Positions 54,756 to 64,000 of a stretch of 64,000 nt of DNA are shown piece after piece. The stretch is from Oscillospiraceae bacterium (GTDB lineage Bacteria; Bacillota; Clostridia; Oscillospirales; Oscillospiraceae). The notes below the pieces were generated by a model. That model was not told where the DNA came from. It made no database searches and was given only the letters and a program-made list of their open reading frames with translations. The stretch is taken from positions 949 to 64,948 of the forward strand of contig SVLS01000006.1 in assembly GCA_015067835.1 (NCBI GenBank), read 5' to 3'. The translations under genes and the position numbers were made by a program. Each line of letters begins with the position of its first letter. The stretch's first letter is position 1.

Positions 54756-57092
54756 ATGGCAAGGAAAAGTCGGAAAAAGGAATTTGCCCGGATTCGGGCG
54801 GATTCGGGTCAGCATCGCAGAATTCTGGCAGTGATGGCAGTGTTGGGTATTTTAGCCTTTCTGCCTGCCAGCCTACAGCTGTATCAGCTGATGATTTCTG
54901 ATTATGAGTATTACGCAAACCTGGCATTGCGCAATCAGACAAGAACAACCTACGTTACCGCCCATCGCGGGACAATTTACGACCGGAATATGAACATTCT
55001 GGCCCATTCCCAAACGGTGGAAAACATTTACTTAGACCCCCATGAGCTGAAGCAATCCAAGGCGGATTTGCAGCTGATCGCAAGGAATTTGGGGCAGATT
55101 CTTCAGGTGGATGAGGAGAAAATCATCCGGCTGAGCAAGGATTTAACAAAACGGTATCAGCAAATTGCTGCCAATGTGGAGTTAAGCGTAGCGTCACAGG
55201 TGCGCAGCTTTATCAATGAGCATCATATTTCCGGTATTCATCTGGAGCCCAGCTCCAAGCGAACTTATCCCTACGGCTCTTTGGCGGCACAGGTGATTGG
55301 TTTTACCAATGCATCCAACACCGGTTCAGAGGGGATTGAGGCCTCTTATAACCGCTACCTGGAAGGAACAGCCGGGAAGGTGATAACCACCAAGGGCAAT
55401 AACGAGATGGATATGCCCTATTCCTTTGAAAAATATGTGCAGGCCATTCCGGGCTGCAGTGTTGTGTTGACCTTGGATACCACCGTTCAGGCCTGCCTGG
55501 AAAAGCAGATGGCGGCTGCCATTGCCCGCTATGATGTGCAAAACGGAGCATTTGGGCTGGTGATGGAGGTCAAAACCGGCAAGATTTTGGCGATGGCCAC
55601 ACTGGGAAATTATGACCCTAATCAATATTTGGAAATTGCAGACCCCGATGCGCTGGAGAAAACAGAGCAGCTGAAAATGAGCTATTTGGCGCTTCCGGAA
55701 GGGTCACAGGCTTATGAGCAGGGCAAGGCGGCCTATGAGGCGGCTGTCACAGCTGCCAGGTTGAAGCAATGGCGAAATCGGGTGCTTTCGGACGGATATG
55801 AGCCCGGCTCGACTTTTAAGGTTTTAACAATGGCGGCGGCGCTGGATTGCGGCGCCATTGATTTGAAAACAAGCTTTCATTGCTCCGGCTCAGAGAAAAT
55901 TCCCGGTCGTTCCCAGCTGCTGCATTGCTGGCGCTCCACCGGTCACGGCTCGGAAAATACAGCCCAGGCACTGCAGAATTCCTGCAACCTGGCGTTTGCC
56001 CATATTGCCTTGAAATTGGGTGGAGAGCGGTTTTATGATTATGTCAGCCGCTTCGGGATTATGGAAAAGACCGGGATCGACCTGGCGGGGGAAAGTAAGG
56101 GCGTTTTCTTCTCCAAAGAGTTGATTGTGGATACGGATAAATGGGGAACTGCCTCTTTAACCTCCGGTTCTTTCGGTCAAACCTTCAAGCTGACGCCGCT
56201 GCAGCTGGTGCGTGCCATCTCGTCGGTGGTAAACGGTGGCAATTTAATGGAACCGTACATTGTTTCTGAGGTGCTGGATGCAAAGGGAAACACGGTTCTG
56301 CAGCAGGAGCCTACTCTTGTGCGCCAGGTTATCAGCACGGAAACATCCAAGACAATGTGTCAGCTTTTGGAGTCGGTGGTTTCAGAGGGAACGGCAAAAA
56401 ATGCCTCTGTTGCCGGATTTTCCATAGGTGGAAAGACGGGTACAAGCGAAAAAATCGACATTTTAGATGAGAATGGCCAGCCAACGCTGGATAAAATCGT
56501 ATCATTTGTGGGGATTGCGCCAATGGACAATCCGGAGTATATTGTATTAGTGGCGTTGGACACCCCATCCCGCAGCACCGGAACCTATATTTCCGGTGGT
56601 GTCATGGCCGCACCGACGGTAGGTGCTGTGATGGCAGACATTCTGCCTTATCTGGGCGTGAAGCAGGAATTTTCAGAGGAAGAGGCTGCCGGCAAGACGG
56701 TGATTGTGGAAAATCTTTTGGGAATGACCCAGAAGGAAGCGGATAAGGTTCTGAAGGAAAGCGGACTAACCCCCAAGTATATCGGAAGTGGCGAGAAGAT
56801 TACCGGGCAGATTCCGGCCGCAGGCAACGGCGTTCCCGGCAACAGCCAGATCTTGTTGTACTTGGGAGAGGAGCCGCCTGATATTGCTGTGGAGGTGCCG
56901 GACTTTACCGGAATGAACCGCCAACAGGCCAGCGATGCGGCCGGTGCGTTGGGATTATATATTCTTGTGACCGGAAATCAGGAGATTTCTCCGCAGGTTG
57001 TGGTCACGTCGCAAGATGTTTTGCCGAAAACGAAGGTTCCGGTGGGGACGACGATTAAATTGGAATTTAAAGATTCAAAAGCTCCGGATTAA
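54756..57092 (+). CDS. Class B penicillin-binding protein (FtsI/PBP2B/SpoVD family) with two PASTA domains
   Basis: STFK, SCN and KTGT transpeptidase motifs and two C-terminal PASTA repeats; start at 54756 (MARKSRKK). Confidence 0.9.
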   Translation: MARKSRKKEFARIRADSGQHRRILAVMAVLGILAFLPASLQLYQLMISDYEYYANLALRNQTRTTYVTAHRGTIYDRNMNILAHSQTVENIYLDPHELKQSKADLQLIARNLGQILQVDEEKIIRLSKDLTKRYQQIAANVELSVASQVRSFINEHHISGIHLEPSSKRTYPYGSLAAQVIGFTNASNTGSEGIEASYNRYLEGTAGKVITTKGNNEMDMPYSFEKYVQAIPGCSVVLTLDTTVQACLEKQMAAAIARYDVQNGAFGLVMEVKTGKILAMATLGNYDPNQYLEIADPDALEKTEQLKMSYLALPEGSQAYEQGKAAYEAAVTAARLKQWRNRVLSDGYEPGSTFKVLTMAAALDCGAIDLKTSFHCSGSEKIPGRSQLLHCWRSTGHGSENTAQALQNSCNLAFAHIALKLGGERFYDYVSRFGIMEKTGIDLAGESKGVFFSKELIVDTDKWGTASLTSGSFGQTFKLTPLQLVRAISSVVNGGNLMEPYIVSEVLDAKGNTVLQQEPTLVRQVISTETSKTMCQLLESVVSEGTAKNASVAGFSIGGKTGTSEKIDILDENGQPTLDKIVSFVGIAPMDNPEYIVLVALDTPSRSTGTYISGGVMAAPTVGAVMADILPYLGVKQEFSEEEAAGKTVIVENLLGMTQKEADKVLKESGLTPKYIGSGEKITGQIPAAGNGVPGNSQILLYLGEEPPDIAVEVPDFTGMNRQQASDAAGALGLYILVTGNQEISPQVVVTSQDVLPKTKVPVGTTIKLEFKDSKAPD

Positions 57093-57109
57093 CGGAGGAA
57101 GGAGTTACA

Positions 57110-58558
57110 ATGAAGCTGGAAGCATTGCTGCAGGGCGTTTCCGTACTGGAGACCACCGTAGATTTGGAAATGAATATCGACAATGTAGTTTATGATTCCC
57201 GTAAGGTGACGGCAGGCAGTCTGTTTGTGGCCATCAGCGGCTTTGCAGTGGACGGCAACCGGTTTATTCCGATGGCATTGGAAAAAGGTGCTGCTGCAGT
57301 TGTAACTGCCACCAGGCCGGAAGGGGAGATCCCCTATATTCTGGTGGAGTCTGACCGATTGGCATTGGCACAAATCGCCTGCAATTTCTACGGGCATCCG
57401 GCGAAGAGTATGACGATGATTGGCGTAACCGGCACCAACGGAAAGACCTCTACCACACTGCTATTGAAGCAAGTACTGGAAAAAACCGTAGGTGCAAAGG
57501 TCGGACTGATTGGCACAATGGAAAACTGGATTGGCGATGAGGCCATTCCCACGGAGCGTACCACACCGGAAAGCTTTGAATTGCAGGGCTTGTTTGCGAA
57601 AATGCGGGATGCAGGCTGTACCCATGTGGTAATGGAGGTGTCCTCCCACGCAATCGCTCTGGATCGGGTAGCAGGCATCCATTTTGATGTGGCAGCCTTT
57701 ACAAATCTGACGGAAGACCATCTGGATTTTCACAAAACGATGGAAAGCTATTGCGACGCAAAGGCAGAGCTATTCCGTCGCTGTGACAAGGGCGTGTTGA
57801 ACCGGGATGACAGCTATTTTGAGCGTATCTGCTCCGGTGCAACCTGCCCCATGCTTACCACAGGTGTCAGCCACCGTGGAGATTTACAGGCGGAAGAAAT
57901 TACGCTGAATGCAGACGGCATCTCTTTTACCGCTGTATCTGCAAGCGAACGGCAAAAGGTAACGCTTCCGATTCCGGGGCGGTTTACGGTATATAATGCG
58001 CTGTCCGTGCTGGGCATCAGTTTGCAGCTGGGAATTTCTTTGGCACAGGCGGCCAAAGCGCTGGCAACGGCGCGTGGTGTCAGAGGCAGGGTAGAGGTTG
58101 TCCCTACACCGGGCAAGCCCTACACGGTGCTGCTTGACTATGCCCATACCCCGGACGGTCTTGAAAATGTACTGCGCTCCGTACGGGATTTCTGCAAGGG
58201 AAGATTGATTGCTGTCTTCGGCTGCGGCGGTGACCGGGATCCGATGAAGCGCCCGATTATGGGTAAAATCGGCGTGGAGCTGGCTGACATTGCGGTGATT
58301 ACCTCCGATAATCCCCGGACAGAAGTCCCCGGAGACATCATTCAGGACATTCTGGCAGGCGTGCCGGAACAGCAAAAAAATTATGTGGTGATTGAAGACC
58401 GGCGAAAAGCGATTCAATATGCTATGGACATTGGCGAAAAAGATGATATGATTATACTGGCCGGAAAGGGCCACGAAACCTACCAGGAAATTAACGGTGT
58501 GAAGTATCATCTGGATGAACGGGAGGAAGTTGCTGCTCATCTGATGGAAATGAGGTAA
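57110..58558 (+). CDS. murE: UDP-N-acetylmuramoyl-L-alanyl-D-glutamate--2,6-diaminopimelate ligase
   Basis: GVTGTNGKTST P-loop and DNPR motif (SDNPRTE). Confidence 0.95.
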   Translation: MKLEALLQGVSVLETTVDLEMNIDNVVYDSRKVTAGSLFVAISGFAVDGNRFIPMALEKGAAAVVTATRPEGEIPYILVESDRLALAQIACNFYGHPAKSMTMIGVTGTNGKTSTTLLLKQVLEKTVGAKVGLIGTMENWIGDEAIPTERTTPESFELQGLFAKMRDAGCTHVVMEVSSHAIALDRVAGIHFDVAAFTNLTEDHLDFHKTMESYCDAKAELFRRCDKGVLNRDDSYFERICSGATCPMLTTGVSHRGDLQAEEITLNADGISFTAVSASERQKVTLPIPGRFTVYNALSVLGISLQLGISLAQAAKALATARGVRGRVEVVPTPGKPYTVLLDYAHTPDGLENVLRSVRDFCKGRLIAVFGCGGDRDPMKRPIMGKIGVELADIAVITSDNPRTEVPGDIIQDILAGVPEQQKNYVVIEDRRKAIQYAMDIGEKDDMIILAGKGHETYQEINGVKYHLDEREEVAAHLMEMR

Positions 58559-58560
58559 GT

Positions 58561-59922
58561 ATGGCACAAATTACATTGGCACAGGCAGCAGCCTGGTGTA
58601 ATGGAACAATAGACCCGAAATATGCGCAAGTTTCTTTTTTGGGCGCCAATAACGATACCCGTAAGCTGCAGCCCGGACAGTTGTTTGTTGCGCTGCAGGG
58701 CGTGCGGGACGGGCATGATTTTATTCCGATGGCGCTTGAAAACGGCGCAGCTGCGGTGCTTTGCACCCACTGTGACGGTGATTATCCAGCTATTGTGGTG
58801 GAGGACACCAGAATTGCACTGGGACAAATTGCAAGACAGGAGCGCAAGCGCATTGGAATGAAGGTGGTGGGTGTTACCGGCTCGGTCGGAAAATCCACTA
58901 CAAAGGAAATGATTGCTGCGGTATTGGAAAGCACCTATAAGGTGGCAAAAACACCGGAAAACCACAATAACGACATTGGTATGCCCATGGCAATTTTGTC
59001 CATTCCTGAGGATACGGAAATTGCCGTTCTGGAAATGGGAATGAATCATTTTCGGGAAATTGCCTATTTAACCTCTATCGGACTGCCGGATTTAGCTGTG
59101 ATTATCAATATTGGTACGATGCACATTGAGCATCTGGGTTCTAAAGAGGGTATTTTGCAGGCAAAACTGGAGATTTTGGAGGGCTTGCAGCCCGGTGGCG
59201 TGATTCTGCTCAACGGCGATGATGAAATGCTGTGGCGTGTTGCTCAGCGGTCGGACATTCCGTCGGTGTATTTTGGCCTGGAAAACCAGCAATGCCCCAT
59301 CCAGGCTTCCAATGTGCAATCCGGCGAAGGAAGTATTTCCTTTGATGTCAGGGCAGGGCAGGAGTCTTTCTGCGTTTGTCTTGGGATGGAAGGTCAGCAT
59401 TATGTGTTGGATGCGCTGGCGGCAATCAGCGCAGGCTTACAAATGGGTGTCACCCCGGAACGTATTGCACAGGCATTGGGTAATTTCCGCAATATGTCCG
59501 GACGGCAGGAAATATTCGAAGCAAACGGCTTTACCATAATTAAGGATTGCTATAATGCAGGACCGGAATCCATGAGTGCCGCACTTACGGTGCTGGGGAA
59601 GAAGTCCGGTCGCCGTGTAGCTGTTTTGGGTGATATGCTGGAGCTGGGAATGCGTGCGCCGGCAGAGCACTATCGCATTGGACGCATTGCGGCGGAAAAG
59701 GCAGATTTGGTGTTTGCCTATGGTCCTAACAGCAGTCGGGTCGTCAGTGGTGCCTTTACAGGCGGAATGAACCGCACACAGGCCCGCGCTTATGAGAATC
59801 AGCAGGAATTGGTTTCTGATTTGAAGCTTCTGACAGCACCTGGAGATGTTCTTCTGTTTAAAGGCAGTCACGGAATGCACATGGAATTGGCGCTGGAGCA
59901 GTTCTTGCAGGCAAAGGCGTAA
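58561..59922 (+). CDS. murF: UDP-N-acetylmuramoyl-tripeptide--D-alanyl-D-alanine ligase
   Basis: GVTGSVGKSTTKEM P-loop, Mur ligase middle and C domains. Confidence 0.93.
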   Translation: MAQITLAQAAAWCNGTIDPKYAQVSFLGANNDTRKLQPGQLFVALQGVRDGHDFIPMALENGAAAVLCTHCDGDYPAIVVEDTRIALGQIARQERKRIGMKVVGVTGSVGKSTTKEMIAAVLESTYKVAKTPENHNNDIGMPMAILSIPEDTEIAVLEMGMNHFREIAYLTSIGLPDLAVIINIGTMHIEHLGSKEGILQAKLEILEGLQPGGVILLNGDDEMLWRVAQRSDIPSVYFGLENQQCPIQASNVQSGEGSISFDVRAGQESFCVCLGMEGQHYVLDALAAISAGLQMGVTPERIAQALGNFRNMSGRQEIFEANGFTIIKDCYNAGPESMSAALTVLGKKSGRRVAVLGDMLELGMRAPAEHYRIGRIAAEKADLVFAYGPNSSRVVSGAFTGGMNRTQARAYENQQELVSDLKLLTAPGDVLLFKGSHGMHMELALEQFLQAKA

Positions 59923-59937
59923 ACGGAGGAAAGAGAA

Positions 59938-60924
59938 ATGGAAAGAATCTTGATTACAGCTGTGGCAGGCGGCATTCTGTCAGGGCTGATTGGTGTGATT
60001 TTGCTGCCGCTTTTACGGGCACTGAAGGCAGGACAATCCATTCGCGAGGTAGGTCCTACCTGGCATAACACAAAAGCCGGCACGCCGATGATGGGCGGTT
60101 TGTTCTTCATCTTGTCTGCTGTGATTTGCATTGTGGCAAATTTGCCGGTGATGACAGATTACACAGTTGTTTATGTCCTTGCATTGAGCTTGTGCTTTGG
60201 ACTCGTTGGTTTTTTGGATGATTTCTGTAAGGCGAAGTTCAAGCGCAATTTGGGTCTGACATCGATTCAAAAGGCATTGCTGCAAATGGCAGTTTCCGCA
60301 ATTTTTGTCTATCTTTTGCTCCGCTTACAGGGGAATTTAACGAGAAATATTGATATTTACATCCCGTTTTTTAACACGTCCTTTGCGCTTCATCCGCTGC
60401 TGTATGTATTTTTCGCGATGTTCATAATGGTCGGTTGCGATAACGCTGTGAATATCACGGACGGCATTGACGGTCTGTGCGGCAGCGTGACTTTGCCGGT
60501 TATGATTTTCTTTACGGCAGTATCCTTTAAGATGGGACGCTATGATTTGGCAGTTCTTCCAGCGGCGCTGGCAGGCGGCCTGATTGCATATTTGTTTTTC
60601 AACTGGCATCCGGCAAAGGTTTTTATGGGCGATACCGGCTCGTTGTTTTTGGGCGGTGTGGTCTGCGCCATGGCGTTTGCGTTGGATATGCCGCTGATTT
60701 TGCTGCTGGTAGGCTTTGTGTATATCGTGGAAACACTCTCTGTAATTCTGCAGGTAGGGTATTTCAAGCTGACCCACGGCAAGCGTATTTTCAAAATGTC
60801 TCCCATCCACCATCACTTTGAGATGTGCGGTTGGAAGGAAGTTAAGATTGTTCTGGTATTTACCACTATTTCCACGATTATGTGTGTTGTGGCTTGGTTC
60901 TCAATCGCAGGTCGCTTTAGCTAA
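59938..60924 (+). CDS. mraY: Phospho-N-acetylmuramoyl-pentapeptide transferase
   Basis: GTPMMGG, NAVNITDGIDGL and FMGDTGSL motifs; 10 TM. Confidence 0.95.
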   Translation: MERILITAVAGGILSGLIGVILLPLLRALKAGQSIREVGPTWHNTKAGTPMMGGLFFILSAVICIVANLPVMTDYTVVYVLALSLCFGLVGFLDDFCKAKFKRNLGLTSIQKALLQMAVSAIFVYLLLRLQGNLTRNIDIYIPFFNTSFALHPLLYVFFAMFIMVGCDNAVNITDGIDGLCGSVTLPVMIFFTAVSFKMGRYDLAVLPAALAGGLIAYLFFNWHPAKVFMGDTGSLFLGGVVCAMAFALDMPLILLLVGFVYIVETLSVILQVGYFKLTHGKRIFKMSPIHHHFEMCGWKEVKIVLVFTTISTIMCVVAWFSIAGRFS

Positions 60925-60944
60925 ATAACGGAAAGGAGCTTCAA

Positions 60945-62105
60945 ATGGCAGCAGGAAAACTGTATGCCAAAGAGGACCGCCGATTTTCCGTCGGCGCAAC
61001 TGTGGACATCCCGTTTTTACTGTTGACATTGTTGCTTCTGGCTGTGGGACTGGTGATGCTGTATTCCGCCAGCTCTGCCCAAAGTATGTATGACACCGGC
61101 TATACCATTTCCACAAAGTATCTGCAAAAGCAGGCAGTGTGCGCTGCCATTGGGCTTTTGTGTATGTGGGTATTCAGCCGGATTCCGGCTTCCTTCTGGT
61201 TTAAATTTGCCTGGCCGCTGTATGGCATCAGCATTGTAATGCTTTTACTGGTTTTAGTGGTGGGGGAGTCGGTGAACGGTGCCCGGCGCTGGATTAACAT
61301 TGCCGGACTCCAATTTCAACCCTCTGAAATTGCAAAATTTACAATGATTCTGCTTTTTGCAAAGCTGACGAAGGGATTTGGCTCTGATGCCAGAAAATTC
61401 CGTTACGGTGTTTTGGGCTTCGGTGCGGCGCTTTTGGGAATTTTGATTCCATTGGCGCTGGAAAAGCATCTGTCAGCAATTATGCTGATGGGAATGGTTG
61501 CCGTCGTTATGATGTTTGTGGCCGGTACCCATCCCAAATGGCTGCTGGCAGGCGCTGGGGTTGCTGTGGTATTTGTGGTTGTTTATGTATCCTTTATGGG
61601 CTATGCAGGAGACCGGATTACCGCTTGGCTTCACCCGGAAAGTGACCCGGCAGACAAGGGCTACCAGATTTTGCAGTCCCTGTATGCCATTGGCTCCGGC
61701 GGATTGTTTGGATTGGGTTTCGGAAAGAGCAGGCAGAAGTATTTGTATCTGCCGTTTCAATACAACGACTATATTTTTGCAATCGTTTGCGAAGAGCTGG
61801 GCCTGATTGGCGCGCTGCTGATAATGGCTTTGTTTGCCGCATTGATCCTGCGTGGATTTTGGATCGCGCTGCGTGCGGCTGACCGCTTTTCCACCGTGCT
61901 TGCAACCGGACTGGTTGCGTTGATTGCAGTACAGATAATACTCAATCTATGCGTTGTGACAAATTTGCTCCCTTCTACGGGGATTGCACTGCCTTTCTTT
62001 TCCTATGGCGGAACTGCTTTGGCGGTGAATTTGGGAGAGATGGGGATTGTCCTCAGCATTTCCAGGCAACGCAATCAGATGAAAATTCAGGAGGTTACCA
62101 GATGA
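60945..62105 (+). CDS. ftsW: SEDS-family peptidoglycan polymerase FtsW/SpoVE
   Basis: SEDS pattern (RWINIAGLQFQPSEIAK, LPSTGIALPFFSYGGT). Confidence 0.9.
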   Translation: MAAGKLYAKEDRRFSVGATVDIPFLLLTLLLLAVGLVMLYSASSAQSMYDTGYTISTKYLQKQAVCAAIGLLCMWVFSRIPASFWFKFAWPLYGISIVMLLLVLVVGESVNGARRWINIAGLQFQPSEIAKFTMILLFAKLTKGFGSDARKFRYGVLGFGAALLGILIPLALEKHLSAIMLMGMVAVVMMFVAGTHPKWLLAGAGVAVVFVVVYVSFMGYAGDRITAWLHPESDPADKGYQILQSLYAIGSGGLFGLGFGKSRQKYLYLPFQYNDYIFAIVCEELGLIGALLIMALFAALILRGFWIALRAADRFSTVLATGLVALIAVQIILNLCVVTNLLPSTGIALPFFSYGGTALAVNLGEMGIVLSISRQRNQMKIQEVTR

Positions 62106-63235
62106 ATGTGATTTTTACATGCGGCGGCACAGGAGGACATATCAATCCTGCCATTGCCGTTGCCAATTTAATACGGGAGCGCAATCCTGGCTGTAACATC
62201 CTGTTCATCGGTGCAAAGGGGCACATGGAAGAACAGCTTGTGCCCAAGGCAGGCTATCGCCTGGAATGTCTTCCCGGCTCCGGATTGAGCCGCGGTAAAA
62301 GCCTGGCGGCAATGAAAAAGAATGTAAAAGCCGTCAAGTGTGTCTTTGACGCTGTCAGCCAATGTAAGAAAATCATCCGGGAATTTCAGCCGGATGTCAT
62401 TGTGGGCACAGGCGGCTACGCCAGCTTCCCAGCATTGTACGCCGGAAGCAAGCTGGGAATTCCCACCTGTGTCCATGAAGCCAATGCAGTTCCGGGACTG
62501 ACGACCAAAATGGCCGCAAACCGTGCAGATCAGGTACTGGTTTGCTTTGAGGAAAGCAAGCAGTATTATAAGCACCCGGAGAAGGTTGAGGTCGTGGGAA
62601 TGCCCATTCGCCGTGAGTTTTGGGAAACAGACCGGGAAACGGCAAGAAAGGAACTGGGAATTGGCGAAAAGCCCTTGCTGGTGTCCACCTTCGGCAGCCA
62701 GGGTGCAAAAGCGATGAATGAAATGATTGCCCAGCTGTTTGCTCTTGAGCAGGCGGAGGGATTCCCATTCCACCATATTCACGCAGTGGGCAGCTTCGGC
62801 TGGAGCTGGATGCCGGATTTGGTCAGGGAAAAGGGCGTGAATTTGGAAAAATGTCCTGCAATCGATATGCGGGAGTACATCTACAATATGCCGACAGTTC
62901 TGGCCGCGGCAGATGTGGTCATTGGCCGGGCCGGCTCAGGTACGTGCAATGAAATTGCGGCAACCGGCACACCCTGCATTTTAATTCCGTCTCCCAATGT
63001 GACCAACAATCATCAGGAGAAGAATGCCAGAGTTCTGGAAGCCGGAGGCGGTGCAAAGGTGCTTTTGGAAAAGGACTGTACCGCAGCCTGTGTTTACGAA
63101 GAGGTCAAGAAGCTGATATCTGACGCTGCTCTGAGTAAAACAATGAGCCGGAGCTTGAAAAATATGGCGGTAAAGGATTCTACCGAAAGAATATGCTACA
63201 TCGCAGAGCAGTTGGCCGCCAAGAAACAGAAATAA
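62102..63235 (+). CDS. murG: UDP-N-acetylglucosamine--N-acetylmuramyl-(pentapeptide) pyrophosphoryl-undecaprenol N-acetylglucosamine transferase
   Basis: FTCGGTGGHINPA G-loop. ATG at 62102 overlaps the ftsW stop (ATGA); the longer ORF from 61949 lies inside ftsW. Confidence 0.95.
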   Translation: MNVIFTCGGTGGHINPAIAVANLIRERNPGCNILFIGAKGHMEEQLVPKAGYRLECLPGSGLSRGKSLAAMKKNVKAVKCVFDAVSQCKKIIREFQPDVIVGTGGYASFPALYAGSKLGIPTCVHEANAVPGLTTKMAANRADQVLVCFEESKQYYKHPEKVEVVGMPIRREFWETDRETARKELGIGEKPLLVSTFGSQGAKAMNEMIAQLFALEQAEGFPFHHIHAVGSFGWSWMPDLVREKGVNLEKCPAIDMREYIYNMPTVLAAADVVIGRAGSGTCNEIAATGTPCILIPSPNVTNNHQEKNARVLEAGGGAKVLLEKDCTAACVYEEVKKLISDAALSKTMSRSLKNMAVKDSTERICYIAEQLAAKKQK

Positions 63236-63251
63236 CCCCGGAGGAACGGAA

Positions 63252-63999
63252 ATGGATACAAAAGAAAAGGCAAGACGCCCGGTGCGTAACAAACAGGACG
63301 GGAATAAAACCTCACCTGAAAAACGCACCTCAACAACTCCCAAACGGGCATCAACGGAAAAGCAAAAGCCCTTGCAGGATGTTGTATATATTCCGCCTAA
63401 GCCCTTCGTTCGTAACAGAATGCTGCTGCGTATTGCAGCAGTAGCAGCCGTTGTAATTGCGCTGCTTTTGGGTATGTCGGTTTTCTTCAAGGTGGAGCAT
63501 ATTCAGGTTTCAGGTCTGGAGCAGTATACGCCTGAGGACATCAGTGCAGCTTCCGGCATTCAAAAAGGAGACAGCTTGTTCTCCCTTGGGTTGCCGGGGA
63601 TTGCGGCAAAGATTCAAAAGCTGGATTACGTTAAGGATGTGCGGGTGGGAATCAGACTTCCCAACACCGTTGTCATTGAAGTGACAGAGGTGCGTGTTAC
63701 CTATGCTGCAAGGGCTCAGGACGGTTCCTGGTGGCAGATGAATTCCAGCGGGCGTGTGATACAAAAGCTGCCAGCCGATCAGGAGAATGAATACACAAGG
63801 ATTTTGGGCGTTATGCTGCAAAACCCCAAAGCTGGGGAGGTGGCATCTGCCTTTGAAATGGAGCAGCCGGGTGTGGACGAAAACGGAAACCTCATTCCCG
63901 TTACCGTTACCAGCGCACAGAAGCTGGAGACGGCACTGACTCTGGCAGATCTTTTGGAGCGCAACGGAATTCTTGGAGAAGCCGCCAGCATTGACGTCG
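63252..63999 (+). CDS. ftsQ: FtsQ/DivIB-type cell division protein (3' end off-window)
   Basis: Own translation from ATG 63252 (SD ggagga): basic N-terminus, TM (LLRIAAVAAVVIALLLGMSVFF), POTRA-like VEHIQVSGLEQYTPEDI. Open to the window end, so absent from the ORF track. Confidence 0.75.
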   Translation, partial: MDTKEKARRPVRNKQDGNKTSPEKRTSTTPKRASTEKQKPLQDVVYIPPKPFVRNRMLLRIAAVAAVVIALLLGMSVFFKVEHIQVSGLEQYTPEDISAASGIQKGDSLFSLGLPGIAAKIQKLDYVKDVRVGIRLPNTVVIEVTEVRVTYAARAQDGSWWQMNSSGRVIQKLPADQENEYTRILGVMLQNPKAGEVASAFEMEQPGVDENGNLIPVTVTSAQKLETALTLADLLERNGILGEAASIDV

Positions 64000-64000
64000 G

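Overview
This window is core chromosome from a spore-forming Clostridia-class Firmicute; the taxon is inferred from gene content (spoIIGA-sigE, a SpoVD/PBP2B-type dcw cluster, PdaA-like deacetylases). I call about 60 protein genes and one tRNA-Ala(CGC), nearly all housekeeping. Cell-wall synthesis genes are murC-ddl, murA and mraZ-rsmH-ftsL-pbp-murE-murF-mraY-ftsW-murG-ftsQ. Translation and ribosome genes are pth, prfC, leuS, rpsU, efp, rsfS, yhbY, rsmH/I/F and a TrmN6-like methyltransferase. Chromosome and stress genes are mfd, smc, ftsY, rarA, clpC and rex, with a few transporters and sugar-phosphate enzymes. I found no integrase, transposase, CRISPR array, toxin-antitoxin pair or recognisable defence gene, so I cannot support a novel multi-gene system here. 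The signals the gene list does not explain are mostly non-coding: (1) a roughly 95-105 nt multi-hairpin palindromic element present in 2 full copies and 1 minimal copy, always in the same orientation relative to transcription; (2) a perfect 39-bp duplication of the tRNA-Ala 3' end plus its terminator, flanking a 130-bp hairpin-rich insert (att-scar-like); (3) three ATCGAT palindromes at exactly 16-bp spacing just downstream of the rex promoter; (4) a palindromic pair of fully overlapping divergent promoters. On the protein side, notable items are an uncharacterised 243-aa protein, a very acidic zinc-ribbon protein after efp, an orphan processive GT2 synthase, and three NodB deacetylases of which one has lost its catalytic motifs. 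The many long antisense ORFs in the track are in-register shadow ORFs and were rejected. All calls come from reading the sequence and translations by eye; no searches were run.
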